Source: Candidatus Heimdallarchaeota archaeon (GTDB taxonomy: Archaea > Asgardarchaeota > Heimdallarchaeia > Hodarchaeales > Hodarchaeaceae). From it: DNA of 18,450 bases. The stretch lies in NCBI GenBank assembly GCA_048881705.1, contig JBHLSH010000065.1, forward strand, positions 1-18,450, read 5' to 3'. Made by a program: the position numbers and the translations under genes. Numbering within the stretch: the first letter of the stretch is position 1; each line of letters opens with the position of its first letter. A model generated the notes under the pieces. It was not told the DNA's origin, did no database searches, and worked only from the letters and a program-made list of their open reading frames with translations. This document shows, in pieces, positions 1 through 9,240 of this stretch.

Positions 1-12
1 AAGGCGATAAAC

Positions 13-1155
13 ATGTCTGTAGCTGAAGGAATCACTGGTAAACCGCTAGTAATTGACAATGGTACTGGTTTAAGCAAAAATGGGTACGCAGGCGAAGACC
101 AACCTCGTTCGGTATTTCCGACCTTGATTGGTTATCCTAAGTACCAATCTATCATGTCTGACGTTGACCACTATGTACGTGAATACTATGTTGGCGAGGA
201 AGCCATGAATCTTAGGGGTGTTCTCAAACTTATCTACCCCATTATTCACGGAGTCGTCACCGACTGGGATGCGATGGAAAAAATTTGGCACTATACCTTC
301 CATAATGATTTACGTGTCAACCCCAGCGAACATCCAGTGTTATTAACAGAGGCGCCTCTTAATCCGGCTAAGAACCGGGAAAAGATGGCTGAAATCCTCT
401 TTGAGACATTCAACGTTCCGGCGATGTATGTCTCCATGCAAGCTGTGCTGTCCTTGTATGCGTCTGGGCGTACTACTGGCCTGGTCATTGACGCTGGCGA
501 CGGAGTTATTCACATCGTGCCTATTTACGAAGGCTTTGCTATTTCACACGCGATTAGTCGTATAGACATTGCGGGCCGTGATATCACCGAATATCTCCGC
601 CGTTTACTGCGTACCCGAGGTCGTGCCCTGACGTCGTCAGCTGAACGAGAAATTGTCCGTGACATTAAGGAACGACTATGTTACGTAGCCCTGGATCCTG
701 AAAAGGAACTCAAGCTTGCTGAAAAAGTTTCTGGGATGGAAAAACAATACACCCTCCCTGACGGAGAATCTTTGACGATTGGTCCAGAACGATTCTTAGC
801 TCCTGAGGCATTCTTCAATCCGAGTGCCCTAGGGAAAGAAGAAACTCCTCTTGATGAAGCCATTTACAACGCAGTCCAGCTCTGTGATATTGACCTGCGA
901 AAAGAATTGTACCAAAACATAGTTCTATCTGGTGGCTCCACCATGTTCCCAGGTCTGAAAGAACGACTTCACAAGGAACTCACAGAACTGGTTCCTGAAA
1001 ACGTCGAGATTCGTATCGTGGCTCCACCCGAGCGTCGTTACTCTGTCTGGATTGGTGGTTCGATCCTCTCGTCTCTAAAGACTTTCCAGCGCCTCTGGGT
1101 TTCCCGCAAGGAATACCAAGAACAAGGCGCCGGCGTTATGAAACGAGCCATCTAA
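13..1155 (+). CDS. act: Actin (Asgard-type, eukaryote-like), 380 aa
   Basis: Phosphate-1 loop VIDNGTG, YPIIHG (His79 = actin His73), [24 protein letters not shown] (Gln143 = Gln137), phosphate-2 loop IDAGDG, His167 (= His161), [33 protein letters not shown]. Colinear with eukaryotic actin along its whole length. Confidence 0.98.
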   Translation: MSVAEGITGKPLVIDNGTGLSKNGYAGEDQPRSVFPTLIGYPKYQSIMSDVDHYVREYYVGEEAMNLRGVLKLIYPIIHGVVTDWDAMEKIWHYTFHNDLRVNPSEHPVLLTEAPLNPAKNREKMAEILFETFNVPAMYVSMQAVLSLYASGRTTGLVIDAGDGVIHIVPIYEGFAISHAISRIDIAGRDITEYLRRLLRTRGRALTSSAEREIVRDIKERLCYVALDPEKELKLAEKVSGMEKQYTLPDGESLTIGPERFLAPEAFFNPSALGKEETPLDEAIYNAVQLCDIDLRKELYQNIVLSGGSTMFPGLKERLHKELTELVPENVEIRIVAPPERRYSVWIGGSILSSLKTFQRLWVSRKEYQEQGAGVMKRAI

Positions 1156-1157
1156 GA

Positions 1158-1198
1158 TTTTCCTCCCCTTCCTTTTTTTTTCATATTTTATTGTTTTT
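1158..1198 (+). terminator. Pyrimidine/oligo-T tract, probable archaeal-type terminator of actin
   Basis: Pure pyrimidine stretch 1158-1182 containing a T9 run (1173-1181), starting 3 nt after the actin TAA, followed by more T runs. Confidence 0.6.
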
Positions 1199-1290
1199 AA
1201 TCACTAAGAATCTTTTTATCGCTGAGACTCGACAAAAAAAATTGTAATTTTCCCAATACAAAAAATTGCTGTTATTGCTGAGGGATAAAG

Positions 1291-2091
1291 GTGTCTAAAG
1301 AGGTTCAACTTATTGCTATTCAACCTAAAAAGATAAGTTTTGAACCTTTAGAACAATGGAACTATTTTGAATGTGTCATAACCTCTTTTTTTGAAAAAAA
1401 AAACATTAACACTTCGTCTGATACCTTTGTTTGCTTACCAGAATATGCTTTGGGAAGCAATTCTAGAGCATCAAACCTCGATAGGCAAATCAATACTATA
1501 TATGATAAGATTCGAGAGTTTGTTTCAAAACATGATATTTATTTGATAAGTGGAAGCGGAAGCACCAGGATCAATGAACATTATCGGAATAGAAGTCTTT
1601 TCTGGAATAGAAATGGTGTTATTGAAGGTCAACATGATAAGATTTATATTTCAGACTATGAAAAGAAACATGGACATTTAGCAGGAGAAACTGCCAATCA
1701 GATAATATTGTTCTCTAATTCAATAAAAATTCAAATATTAATTTGTAGAGAGTTATCTTACCCAGATCTAATCCATCAACGATTTCCTCAGTTACCAGAT
1801 ATATTATTTGTTCCAGTAATGTCATATGTCAATGGAAAAGAATTTACTACAACCAGTCGTCAAAGTTTCTATAAATTAGCGATTCAATACTCGTTAGAAT
1901 ATAGCATTCCTGTGATTTTGTCAGACTGGGCGTGTCAACCATTTGAAGACATAAATTGGACTAGTGGTGCTACTTGTTTAATAAATCCAACCGCCTTTTT
2001 GTCAACAAAAGAGAATGGCAGACAAATCATCCAAACTATCCCAGATGGAGAAGAAGGGATATTAATGCAAAAATCATATATTGGTCTTTGA
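1291..2091 (+). CDS. Carbon-nitrogen hydrolase (nitrilase superfamily), 266 aa
   Basis: Glu-Lys-Cys triad in the expected contexts: CLPEY, HDKIY, ICRELSYP. Also has NRSLFW and SGATCLINP segments. GTG start after GAGGG. Confidence 0.88.
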   Translation: MSKEVQLIAIQPKKISFEPLEQWNYFECVITSFFEKKNINTSSDTFVCLPEYALGSNSRASNLDRQINTIYDKIREFVSKHDIYLISGSGSTRINEHYRNRSLFWNRNGVIEGQHDKIYISDYEKKHGHLAGETANQIILFSNSIKIQILICRELSYPDLIHQRFPQLPDILFVPVMSYVNGKEFTTTSRQSFYKLAIQYSLEYSIPVILSDWACQPFEDINWTSGATCLINPTAFLSTKENGRQIIQTIPDGEEGILMQKSYIGL

Positions 2092-2462
2092 GTAATTGAT
2101 ATGCTCAAGATGTTGGAAAAATGAGCTAATTAAACTAAAATTCAAATCAAAAGAAACTATAATGAAAATCACAAAAACTAAAGAGTTGACATTTCTATAT
2201 CTCAAACGTGATTACTACTTGTATTGCAGTTTTTTTTGTCCGCTCATACTTTTGGACTTTTTTATTTTACCAACGTTATGCCTCCGAAATCACATTTAAA
2301 TCATCGTAGCGACGTTATGAGGGTCACTATCATTATAACTACTGCTGCAATAAAAGAGAGGCGAAAGGGTATTTTAGCCAGGAATCACTTTTGGGGGTTT
2401 ATTTTGAGAATAATATCGTCAAACACCTTCATCACGCATTCAAAGTCATAAACATACAATAT

Positions 2463-3143
2463 TTAATAAATCTTAGGGATTAATCGGTTTGTATGTTTTA
2501 TGTAGTTACTATATTTCTCTCCTAAGTTAGCTATAAGTAAATCCTCTTCTAAATCCATCCTACTTTTGGTTAACGGAAGCATAATAAGAATGATTATGCA
2601 AGAAGAAAAAATACTGCCAAAAGCAAAGCTATACCCGAATAACAATAGAATGTAGCCCAAGTAGAGAGGATGGCGGATATATCGATAAATTCCTTTGGTA
2701 ATTAATTGATGGTGCTCTTTAATCACGATCTTGGGTGTTCCATAAGGTCCAAGGAGGATCCTACTCCAAATCATTAGAATACCGCCACACAATAACACGA
2801 AATTACCGATTATAGCCATCATTAGATCGATCGGGGAGGGGATGAATTGCTGAAGGAATGTTTGGTACTCAATATGGGGAAAATACAGGAGAAAAGGAAC
2901 TGTAAAGAATAAGAGAAAAATAATGAGGGTGCTCTTCTTAAACTCATCTCTTTCTTTGCCAACCCAAAGCGGTCTGAATAATATATCTCCAGCCATAAAT
3001 ATATTGAATAATAGAATTGTTAACAAATTCAGGATAGTAGCTTTATCATATAAATGCGGCCAAAGAATTAAAACCAAGTTTATGTAAATTAGCACGACTG
3101 GAATGCCAATAAATTTTCGTTTCACGATATTTTGTTTCCACAT
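2463..3143 (-). CDS. ICMT/PEMT-family membrane SAM-dependent methyltransferase, 226 aa
   Basis: Several hydrophobic helices; C-terminal HHQLITKGIYRYIRHPLYLG and RMDLEEDLL...YSNY motifs typical of the family. GAGGAG lies 10 nt upstream of the ATG. Confidence 0.9.
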   Translation of the reverse strand: MWKQNIVKRKFIGIPVVLIYINLVLILWPHLYDKATILNLLTILLFNIFMAGDILFRPLWVGKERDEFKKSTLIIFLLFFTVPFLLYFPHIEYQTFLQQFIPSPIDLMMAIIGNFVLLCGGILMIWSRILLGPYGTPKIVIKEHHQLITKGIYRYIRHPLYLGYILLLFGYSFAFGSIFSSCIIILIMLPLTKSRMDLEEDLLIANLGEKYSNYIKHTNRLIPKIY

Positions 3144-3158
3144 TGGTAATTTACTCCT

Positions 3159-3601
3159 CTATATTCTTTTGTTCCAATGATGATAATCTATTACAGGAAC
3201 CAAGCTATCTTTTACGAATACGTTTATTGGGACATATGCTCCAAGTCCTGATGGTATTTAATCTTGGAAAATCATCATTTTATACTTTTCCATAACGGAA
3301 TTTGTTCGACATCAAAAACTCGCCCTCTCTGGTCCTCTAATACTTCTGCGCAAAAATTGGAGTATATAAGGCCTTGCCCTTTGCTCGTGAGGGGTGTATC
3401 GGACAAATCGGGACATGAGATAGTAATTGACTCAAAAGATCAGTGAATTCTCAATTCACCGTACCTGATGGTAATATGACATCTTGAAATGTCTTCAAAC
3501 TATTATTTGATAACGCAACTTCGTGTTTAGGACAATATCACGAAAAAATCGCGTCTTAAATTCAGGGTACCAATTTTAGATTTATTCCTTTCTTGAGACA
3601 T
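3159..3601 (-). pseudogene. Possible decayed gene between the SPOUT and ICMT genes
   Basis: ATG (MSQERNK) 5 nt after the SPOUT stop; TAG at 3161-3159 overlapping the ICMT RBS; protein-like fragments in all three frames, interrupted by stops. No family recognised. Confidence 0.2.
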
Positions 3602-3606
3602 GATTG

Positions 3607-4644
3607 TTACGTCTTTTTATGAGAAAATAGCATGCCCAAAACATATGCGGCGGCATGTGATGCTCTTAGAGGTTCTGATGTCTGAATGCCAATGCGGAAC
3701 ATAGGAATTTTTTTTCTTACAAACAATGGAAGCCCAGTTTCTTCATTGCCAAAAATAAGACTAATGTCTTTTCTTTCTGAAGTAGATGATTTAACTCGTT
3801 CAATGAATTTTGGCAATTCGATTACATGAGTGGTTCCCCATAATGAGAACCCAAAACAAGTTTCCTCGTATTCCTCAAGAAATTCACTTAATGAAGGGGT
3901 TATGTGGTACTCAATCTTATCTAATCCCTTATAATATCTTTTACTTACTTTTTTTATCAAATCATTGGCCCGATTATTTTCGTCCGTAATGAAAACTGGG
4001 ATTGAGAAAGCTAATCCCAAACGAAAGAAATCAGCTACTTCCTGTGCCGTAAAAGGGGAATATAGTACTAATTGGGGAACAAAATTACCATAATCAGCTT
4101 CTGGAGAGATAATTGGGGAGAATTTCCTTCCGATCCTACATAGGATGCTAGGAGTACTAGCCTTTTTGTTAGTATTTGTACTAAATGCTTCCAGGTACAA
4201 TACAAAGTTAATTTTTTCTAAATACCTTAAATTTCTCTTTTTTAGTCTATCAATGATTGCCTTCCTATGGAAGGGTACTTTTCCTATGCTAACAAACTCA
4301 AGATTGAATTCTGAAGTCTCATTTACATTTAAATATTCAGTAAGAGCATTAATCAGCATACTAAAGGATTTAGATTCCCAATTATACATATCTGTAGTAA
4401 TAATAACGGCACTAGCAAGACCAGGTTTTTTTAAAAGGGCTTGAACATATTGTTCTACATTGAAAGATGGACTATCTGGAGATTCTAACTTAAGTTCAAC
4501 AATTAACCTATTTTTCGTTGCCCATGTATCATTTCTAACCTGAACCACGGTAATAAATTGATTGGAGCTCTTCTCTATTTCATTAGAGATTTCAACCTGC
4601 TCTTGAGGAGTGATAAATCGAGCTAGCTTAACAAGTAGGTACAT
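3607..4644 (-). CDS. SPOUT-superfamily RNA methyltransferase with a putative THUMP-like N-terminal region, 345 aa
   Basis: C-terminal trefoil-knot motifs LIFGNEETGLP and SEPLRASHAAAYVL; motif-1-like LVLYSP...VADFFRLGLAFS. The N-terminal ~155 aa only loosely resembles THUMP. Confidence 0.75.
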   Translation of the reverse strand: MYLLVKLARFITPQEQVEISNEIEKSSNQFITVVQVRNDTWATKNRLIVELKLESPDSPSFNVEQYVQALLKKPGLASAVIITTDMYNWESKSFSMLINALTEYLNVNETSEFNLEFVSIGKVPFHRKAIIDRLKKRNLRYLEKINFVLYLEAFSTNTNKKASTPSILCRIGRKFSPIISPEADYGNFVPQLVLYSPFTAQEVADFFRLGLAFSIPVFITDENNRANDLIKKVSKRYYKGLDKIEYHITPSLSEFLEEYEETCFGFSLWGTTHVIELPKFIERVKSSTSERKDISLIFGNEETGLPLFVRKKIPMFRIGIQTSEPLRASHAAAYVLGMLFSHKKT

Positions 4645-4946
4645 AGCAAAAAATCCATTACCTAAAATAGATGTAAGGGATAAGGAAATATGTTCAACGT
4701 TCTAGAAGGTTACCAGTTATCAAATTTCTGATTGACTCTTTTAGATCAATAGATAATGAAGAAGCAGATAAGCGGAGGATTGTAAAATTGGGCTGGTACC
4801 CGAAGTAAATTACCTTTAAACATTCGCCATATTACGATATTTGATGGCAGGTAGATATCTCCCGTTTTCACCGCTTCGCATGAACCAATGAAGAAGGGGA
4901 AAGACAAAGGTCTTATTAAAATCATATTCGGTGAGAGAGAAATATC

Positions 4947-5780
4947 TTGAATCTCACAATAAAAAGCAAAGTAAAATTAAATAATGGTACTGAAATTCCT
5001 TGGATGGGGTTAGGTGTTTATCGAAGTCCTAGTGGTCCCATGACACAAAATGCTGTGAAATACGCCTTAGAGGCTGGGTATATTCATGTAGATACCGCTA
5101 AAATCTACAGAAATGAACAGGATGTTGGACGAGCGATAAAGAATAGTCCAATTCCTAGAGAGGACGTTTGGGTAACCACAAAGATATGGAATGCAGATCA
5201 TGGCTTTGATAGAGCAATTAATGCTTGTGGTGAAAGTCTAAACAAGTTAGGATTTGATTATATTGATCTTCTTCTAATCCATTGGCCTGTGGAAAAGCTA
5301 AGACTTGACACTTGGAGGGCCATGGAAACCTTGGCGGATGACGGAAAATGCAAATCCATTGGTGTGAGTAATTATATGCTTCGACATCTAGAGGAATTAC
5401 TCGATAATTGTAGTATTCCTCCAGTCGTGAATCAGATCGAACTTTCTCCTTACAACTATCTATATAGAAAAGAGGTTGTAGATTATTGTCGATCTAAAAA
5501 CATCGTGTTGGAAGCGTACAGTCCTCTCACTAAAGGTCGAAAACTGAATGATCCAAAACTCGTGGAAATCGCAACTATCTACTCAAAATCACCCGCGCAA
5601 ATTCTCATTCGTTGGGCGTTGCAACAAGGCTTTATCGTTATCCCAAAATCCACGAAGAAGGATAGAATCCAGGAGAACGGTAACGTTTTCGACTTTGAAA
5701 TTTCCGAAGAAGACATATTTAGGTTGGAATCATTCGATGAGGGATTGATTACAGGTTGGGATCCAACTGATGCCCCCTAA
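4947..5780 (+). CDS. Aldo/keto reductase (2,5-diketogluconate reductase-like), 277 aa
   Basis: Catalytic tetrad in DTAKIY (D, Y), VTTK (K), LIHWP (H); also SIGVSNY, NQIELSP, IPKS. TTG start with GGTGA at 4930-4934. Confidence 0.96.
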   Translation: MNLTIKSKVKLNNGTEIPWMGLGVYRSPSGPMTQNAVKYALEAGYIHVDTAKIYRNEQDVGRAIKNSPIPREDVWVTTKIWNADHGFDRAINACGESLNKLGFDYIDLLLIHWPVEKLRLDTWRAMETLADDGKCKSIGVSNYMLRHLEELLDNCSIPPVVNQIELSPYNYLYRKEVVDYCRSKNIVLEAYSPLTKGRKLNDPKLVEIATIYSKSPAQILIRWALQQGFIVIPKSTKKDRIQENGNVFDFEISEEDIFRLESFDEGLITGWDPTDAP

Positions 5781-5844
5781 TACTCCTATGATTTTCCTCT
5801 AATAACTCTAATTTCCTGGTGAAATATATCGTCGCGTGCTCTAT

Positions 5845-5856
5845 CTAAGGCCTTAG
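5845..5856. promoter_or_regulatory. Perfect 12-bp palindrome, candidate operator for the MFS gene
   Basis: CTAAGGCCTTAG lies between an AT-rich AAATATAT (5822-5829) and the MFS start at 5884. Confidence 0.35.
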
Positions 5857-5883
5857 GGCTATTAACAAAGATTAAAATATGGA

Positions 5884-7371
5884 TTGAGCGCCACCCACAA
5901 GGAGATTTCCATCACATTGAGCGCTGACCTAGTCCCTACGGCCGTAGTTTCAAGAAAACAGGACTTTTTTATTCCGTTACGTAGATTAATGCCCATTACT
6001 TCCATCGGAACGTACATGTCGGCGATGGATGGCAGTATTGTTAACGTTTCATTAGTTACCATATCAAATTCGCTAAACACAGATATTTCGGGGATTAGAT
6101 GGGTAGTAATTGTGTATTTACTGACTATTTCCTCAATAATCGGAATTGGCGGGTCATTAGGAGATAACTATGGCAGAAGAAAAATACTTCAAATAGGCAT
6201 GTTGATATTCGTTTTTGGATCACTCCTCTGCGCTTTTGCTCCCTCCTTGGAAATCCTCATTCTTTCTCGTACGATCCAAGCCATCGGAGGTGCAGGACTT
6301 ACGGCCAATGGATTGGGATTGGTAATTACTTATACGGAACCCTCAATTAGAGGCCGAGCCATCGGGATCAATTCTGTGATTGTAGCATTTGCACTTTCAA
6401 CAGGACCCATGTTAGGAGGAGTACTCACCCAGTATGTAGGGTGGCCAAGCATCTTCTTGATAAACGTCCCTATTGGGATTATTGGGATCCTTCTTGTTCA
6501 ATTCTTCATACCCGAGACGACTGAAAAACGTTCCAGGCTCGATTATATGGGAATGATAACATTTCTAATTGCCGTATTCGCAGTGGTTCAAGGCATTCTG
6601 ACGATATTCAATGGTGAACTAGTAGGAAGTGTTTTCATTTTGATATCAGCCATATTTGGAGCCAGTTTCATATATATTGAGAGTAAACATCCAACTCCGA
6701 TGGTTTCTGTTGATATTTTACGGGACAGAACCATTCTAACTGGAGTAATTTCTTCCTTCCTGTGTTACATGGTGTATTATACTGTCATCTTCCTGTTGCC
6801 GTTTTATTATCAAGATGTTCTGGATTTTACGCAATCCGAAGCGGGCATCCTAATGGTGGTTCCTCCCCTCGCAATGGCGATTATGGGACCATTTGCTGGA
6901 TTCTTTGCAGAAAAAGTTGAAGCTAGGCGATCTACCACAATTGGAGCAATTTTTTTGAGTTTTTTTGTGATGTGTCTCTCGATTTTACTGAATGTTTTTC
7001 CAATAAATCTTTTGGAAATTTTGATTATTCTGGTACCTCTTGTAGCACTTTCAGCTGGATCTTTAACCACGTTTACGGTTTCAAACGGGACTTCAGTGAT
7101 GAATAAGGCACCGACGACCGATGTTAGCGTTGTTTCAGGGCTTATTGGCCTCTCTCGTAATATTGGATTCGCTCTAGGTACAACTTTGAGTTCAGCATTC
7201 TTCGGCTTATTTCTCATTATGAACAATGCTATCAACAACGCTGGCGAAATAATCAACATTTCGAATTATTATGTTAGTTTAGGACAAACTTATTTTGTAT
7301 TTTCGATTTTTGCTATATTAGCTGCTCTTATTTCTTATCAAAGAGTCTCTGATATTAGCTCTAGTGCCTGA
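5884..7371 (+). CDS. MFS transporter, DHA2 (EmrB/QacA-like 14-TMS) family, ~495 aa
   Basis: MSAMDGSIVNVSL (motif D1), motif A GSLGDNYGRRK, SRTIQAIGGA, RGRAIG, GPMLGGVLT, IFLINVPIG. Start codon uncertain. Confidence 0.93.
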   Translation: MSATHKEISITLSADLVPTAVVSRKQDFFIPLRRLMPITSIGTYMSAMDGSIVNVSLVTISNSLNTDISGIRWVVIVYLLTISSIIGIGGSLGDNYGRRKILQIGMLIFVFGSLLCAFAPSLEILILSRTIQAIGGAGLTANGLGLVITYTEPSIRGRAIGINSVIVAFALSTGPMLGGVLTQYVGWPSIFLINVPIGIIGILLVQFFIPETTEKRSRLDYMGMITFLIAVFAVVQGILTIFNGELVGSVFILISAIFGASFIYIESKHPTPMVSVDILRDRTILTGVISSFLCYMVYYTVIFLLPFYYQDVLDFTQSEAGILMVVPPLAMAIMGPFAGFFAEKVEARRSTTIGAIFLSFFVMCLSILLNVFPINLLEILIILVPLVALSAGSLTTFTVSNGTSVMNKAPTTDVSVVSGLIGLSRNIGFALGTTLSSAFFGLFLIMNNAINNAGEIINISNYYVSLGQTYFVFSIFAILAALISYQRVSDISSSA

Positions 7372-7708
7372 GGATCAAAGAACAAAAGAGGACACAAGAT
7401 TTCACGTTACATAGGCTCATTAGTGTACCAGCTTTAGAATGAGACGGTTCCTCGTTCCTAAGTTCTGTGATATATAACTTAAGGCATATTATGCTTCACA
7501 TTGGTGTCTTCCAGGGTCGTTTACGACTGCACGGAAGTGAAGAGAGCTATTGGGTTAGTAAGAATCCCTTTTGGAACAGTTTCAGTCAATCCCAAGCGGC
7601 TTAATGGCCACTTGCGAGTGGAGGGTTTCTCAGAATAGCGAACGTTTCCTTAGATTTTCGCGTAATTGCAAATTAGATTCATTTTGCCGCTCATTTCTGG
7701 ACAATTGT

Positions 7709-8617
7709 CTAAATGGTCTTTACCCAAGCATCAATCGCATACTTTTCAGTGAAACCTGTTGCATCATACAGTCTGTTTGCCGCAGGAGTATTTGCAGCCC
7801 CATCAATATAGAAAAAAGGGGGGCGGTACTTCATTGAACGCTTGATTCCTTCGGTTATGATAGCTTTTCCTAAGCCAAGTCTTTTAAAATCAGGATTTGT
7901 TCCCATGGGTTCCAGACTGATTATATTGCTGTTTGGATCAAGTCTAAAAGTACAAAACGACGCAATAATTCCTTCAGGGGCTACAGCAACAAGATCTAGC
8001 TCTTCTTTGTAGAATGAGCATTTCGCAATCCATTCTAAAACCTCGGCAGTGAACCATTCCCCGTGCCCAAAAACCTTTTGAATGAGTAAGGCCAGCTGAT
8101 CAAATTCTGAACGTTGAATTGATCTGATTTCAAAGTCCTTAGGACACTTATGATCAGTCAGGGGAGCATTTCCATCACGTATTCTATAATATCCATAGAT
8201 ATGATCCTTTCTAAAGCCCAAATTTGTAAGTAAGGATTCCCGCCGTGGATTTCCTTCCAAAATATTGATTCTCAAGTCATTCTTCTTATCTTCGTATTTC
8301 TTTACCTTTCTAAAGTGCTCTTCTATCCATTCTATCATTTCACGCTCCAAATATCGATAATCGGGATCAACGTGAAGAAAAAAATCCCTGGGGGAATCAC
8401 GAGTAGTTAAAGCCACAACCTTACGATTCTGCGGGATATCAGGGGTTTCAATCCATTCCCAGACTCTGATCGCATCCTCCCGTTTATCACTACTATTTTC
8501 AAAGCGATCTGGAAACCAATTTTCATAGGATTTGGTTTTATCAAATAAGTCTGCCAGAAATTCCATGATTCTAGAGAATTCTCTTTCTTTATTGTAAGTG
8601 TGGGATTGTACGACCAT
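7709..8617 (-). CDS. GNAT-family N-acetyltransferase, probably tandem-domain, 302 aa
   Basis: Acetyl-CoA binding motif A EPMGTNPDFKRLGLGKAII, and NTPAANRLYDATGF. Starts 2 nt after the Ddn stop codon. Confidence 0.9.
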   Translation of the reverse strand: MVVQSHTYNKEREFSRIMEFLADLFDKTKSYENWFPDRFENSSDKREDAIRVWEWIETPDIPQNRKVVALTTRDSPRDFFLHVDPDYRYLEREMIEWIEEHFRKVKKYEDKKNDLRINILEGNPRRESLLTNLGFRKDHIYGYYRIRDGNAPLTDHKCPKDFEIRSIQRSEFDQLALLIQKVFGHGEWFTAEVLEWIAKCSFYKEELDLVAVAPEGIIASFCTFRLDPNSNIISLEPMGTNPDFKRLGLGKAIITEGIKRSMKYRPPFFYIDGAANTPAANRLYDATGFTEKYAIDAWVKTI

Positions 8618-8619
8618 TT

Positions 8620-9081
8620 CTAAGCCACGCTGTGTCTTGTGATTCCTACAAGAGTAATCTTTTTTGCCAGAGTTTCTAAGTCGACGAGAGATGGAGATTT
8701 TGATAGTCCTTCGGCCTGAAGCATTGCTCCCATCATTCTTGGATGATTTTTGATCCTAAGCTCCAAATACTTTGTTATTTGCTTAGGATTTTCTATCTGG
8801 TGTGCAATGCCCCGAAAGTAATTCGATTTAATTTGAACTGCAACATTTGGATTGGCTTTGATGTTCTGATACCAGTCCGCTTTTCTGCCTCGGGCCGAAG
8901 CTACATAAATAACATTATTCTGTTCTTCATACTGTAGGGGTGTCACATAGCGTCGTCCCGATTTTCGGCCAATTGTTGTCAAAAGAAGGACAAATCTGGG
9001 ACCAAATCCTAGCCTGAATAGTCGTTCTGGGAACTTTAATACACGCCAAATGGGATCTGGAAGACTTCTAAAATCAACCAT
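8620..9081 (-). CDS. Deazaflavin (F420H2)-dependent oxidoreductase, Ddn/nitroreductase family, 153 aa
   Basis: LLLTTIGRKSGRRYVTPL, VASARG and DWYQNIKANPNV are hallmark Ddn-family motifs. Confidence 0.92.
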   Translation of the reverse strand: MVDFRSLPDPIWRVLKFPERLFRLGFGPRFVLLLTTIGRKSGRRYVTPLQYEEQNNVIYVASARGRKADWYQNIKANPNVAVQIKSNYFRGIAHQIENPKQITKYLELRIKNHPRMMGAMLQAEGLSKSPSLVDLETLAKKITLVGITRHSVA

Positions 9082-9240
9082 GATCAGAGCACCTTTAAAC
9101 AGAAATTGCGAAGATTAGTTCTGATAATTTCAGGCTAATTGTGGATTGATAAACCCTATCATCTCGGTATAAACAATGCTTATTCAAGAAGACTCTGAGA
9201 CATTGGCAGATATCTGAAATAATTAACGTGGTGACATATA

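Noticed and set aside
2096-2451. Short ORFs 2096-2299 (CSRC...CSFFC) and 2224-2451
   Set aside because: Low-complexity AT-rich translations with no RBS; the second Cys pair is not CxxC; no family recognised.
13-3143. Functional link between actin and the ICMT-family gene (prenylcysteine methylation)
   Set aside because: The actin ends in KRAI with no CaaX cysteine, ICMT/PEMT homologues are widespread in prokaryotes, and the genes are convergent with another gene between them.
4660-4830. ~43-codon open stretch on the plus strand (...LPVIKFLIDSFRSIDNEEADKRRIVKLGWYPK)
   Set aside because: No ATG or GTG start, it lies in a divergent promoter region, and no family is recognisable.
7372-7708. Short ORFs on both strands between MFS and GNAT, including 7571-7837
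   Set aside because: All are short, lack motifs and a convincing RBS, and 7571-7837 overlaps GNAT antisense.
9121-9216. Short palindromes in the Ddn/PatB divergent promoter (TGATA-n5-TATCA, CAGATATCTG)
   Set aside because: Arms of 5 bp or less are expected by chance in AT-rich DNA.
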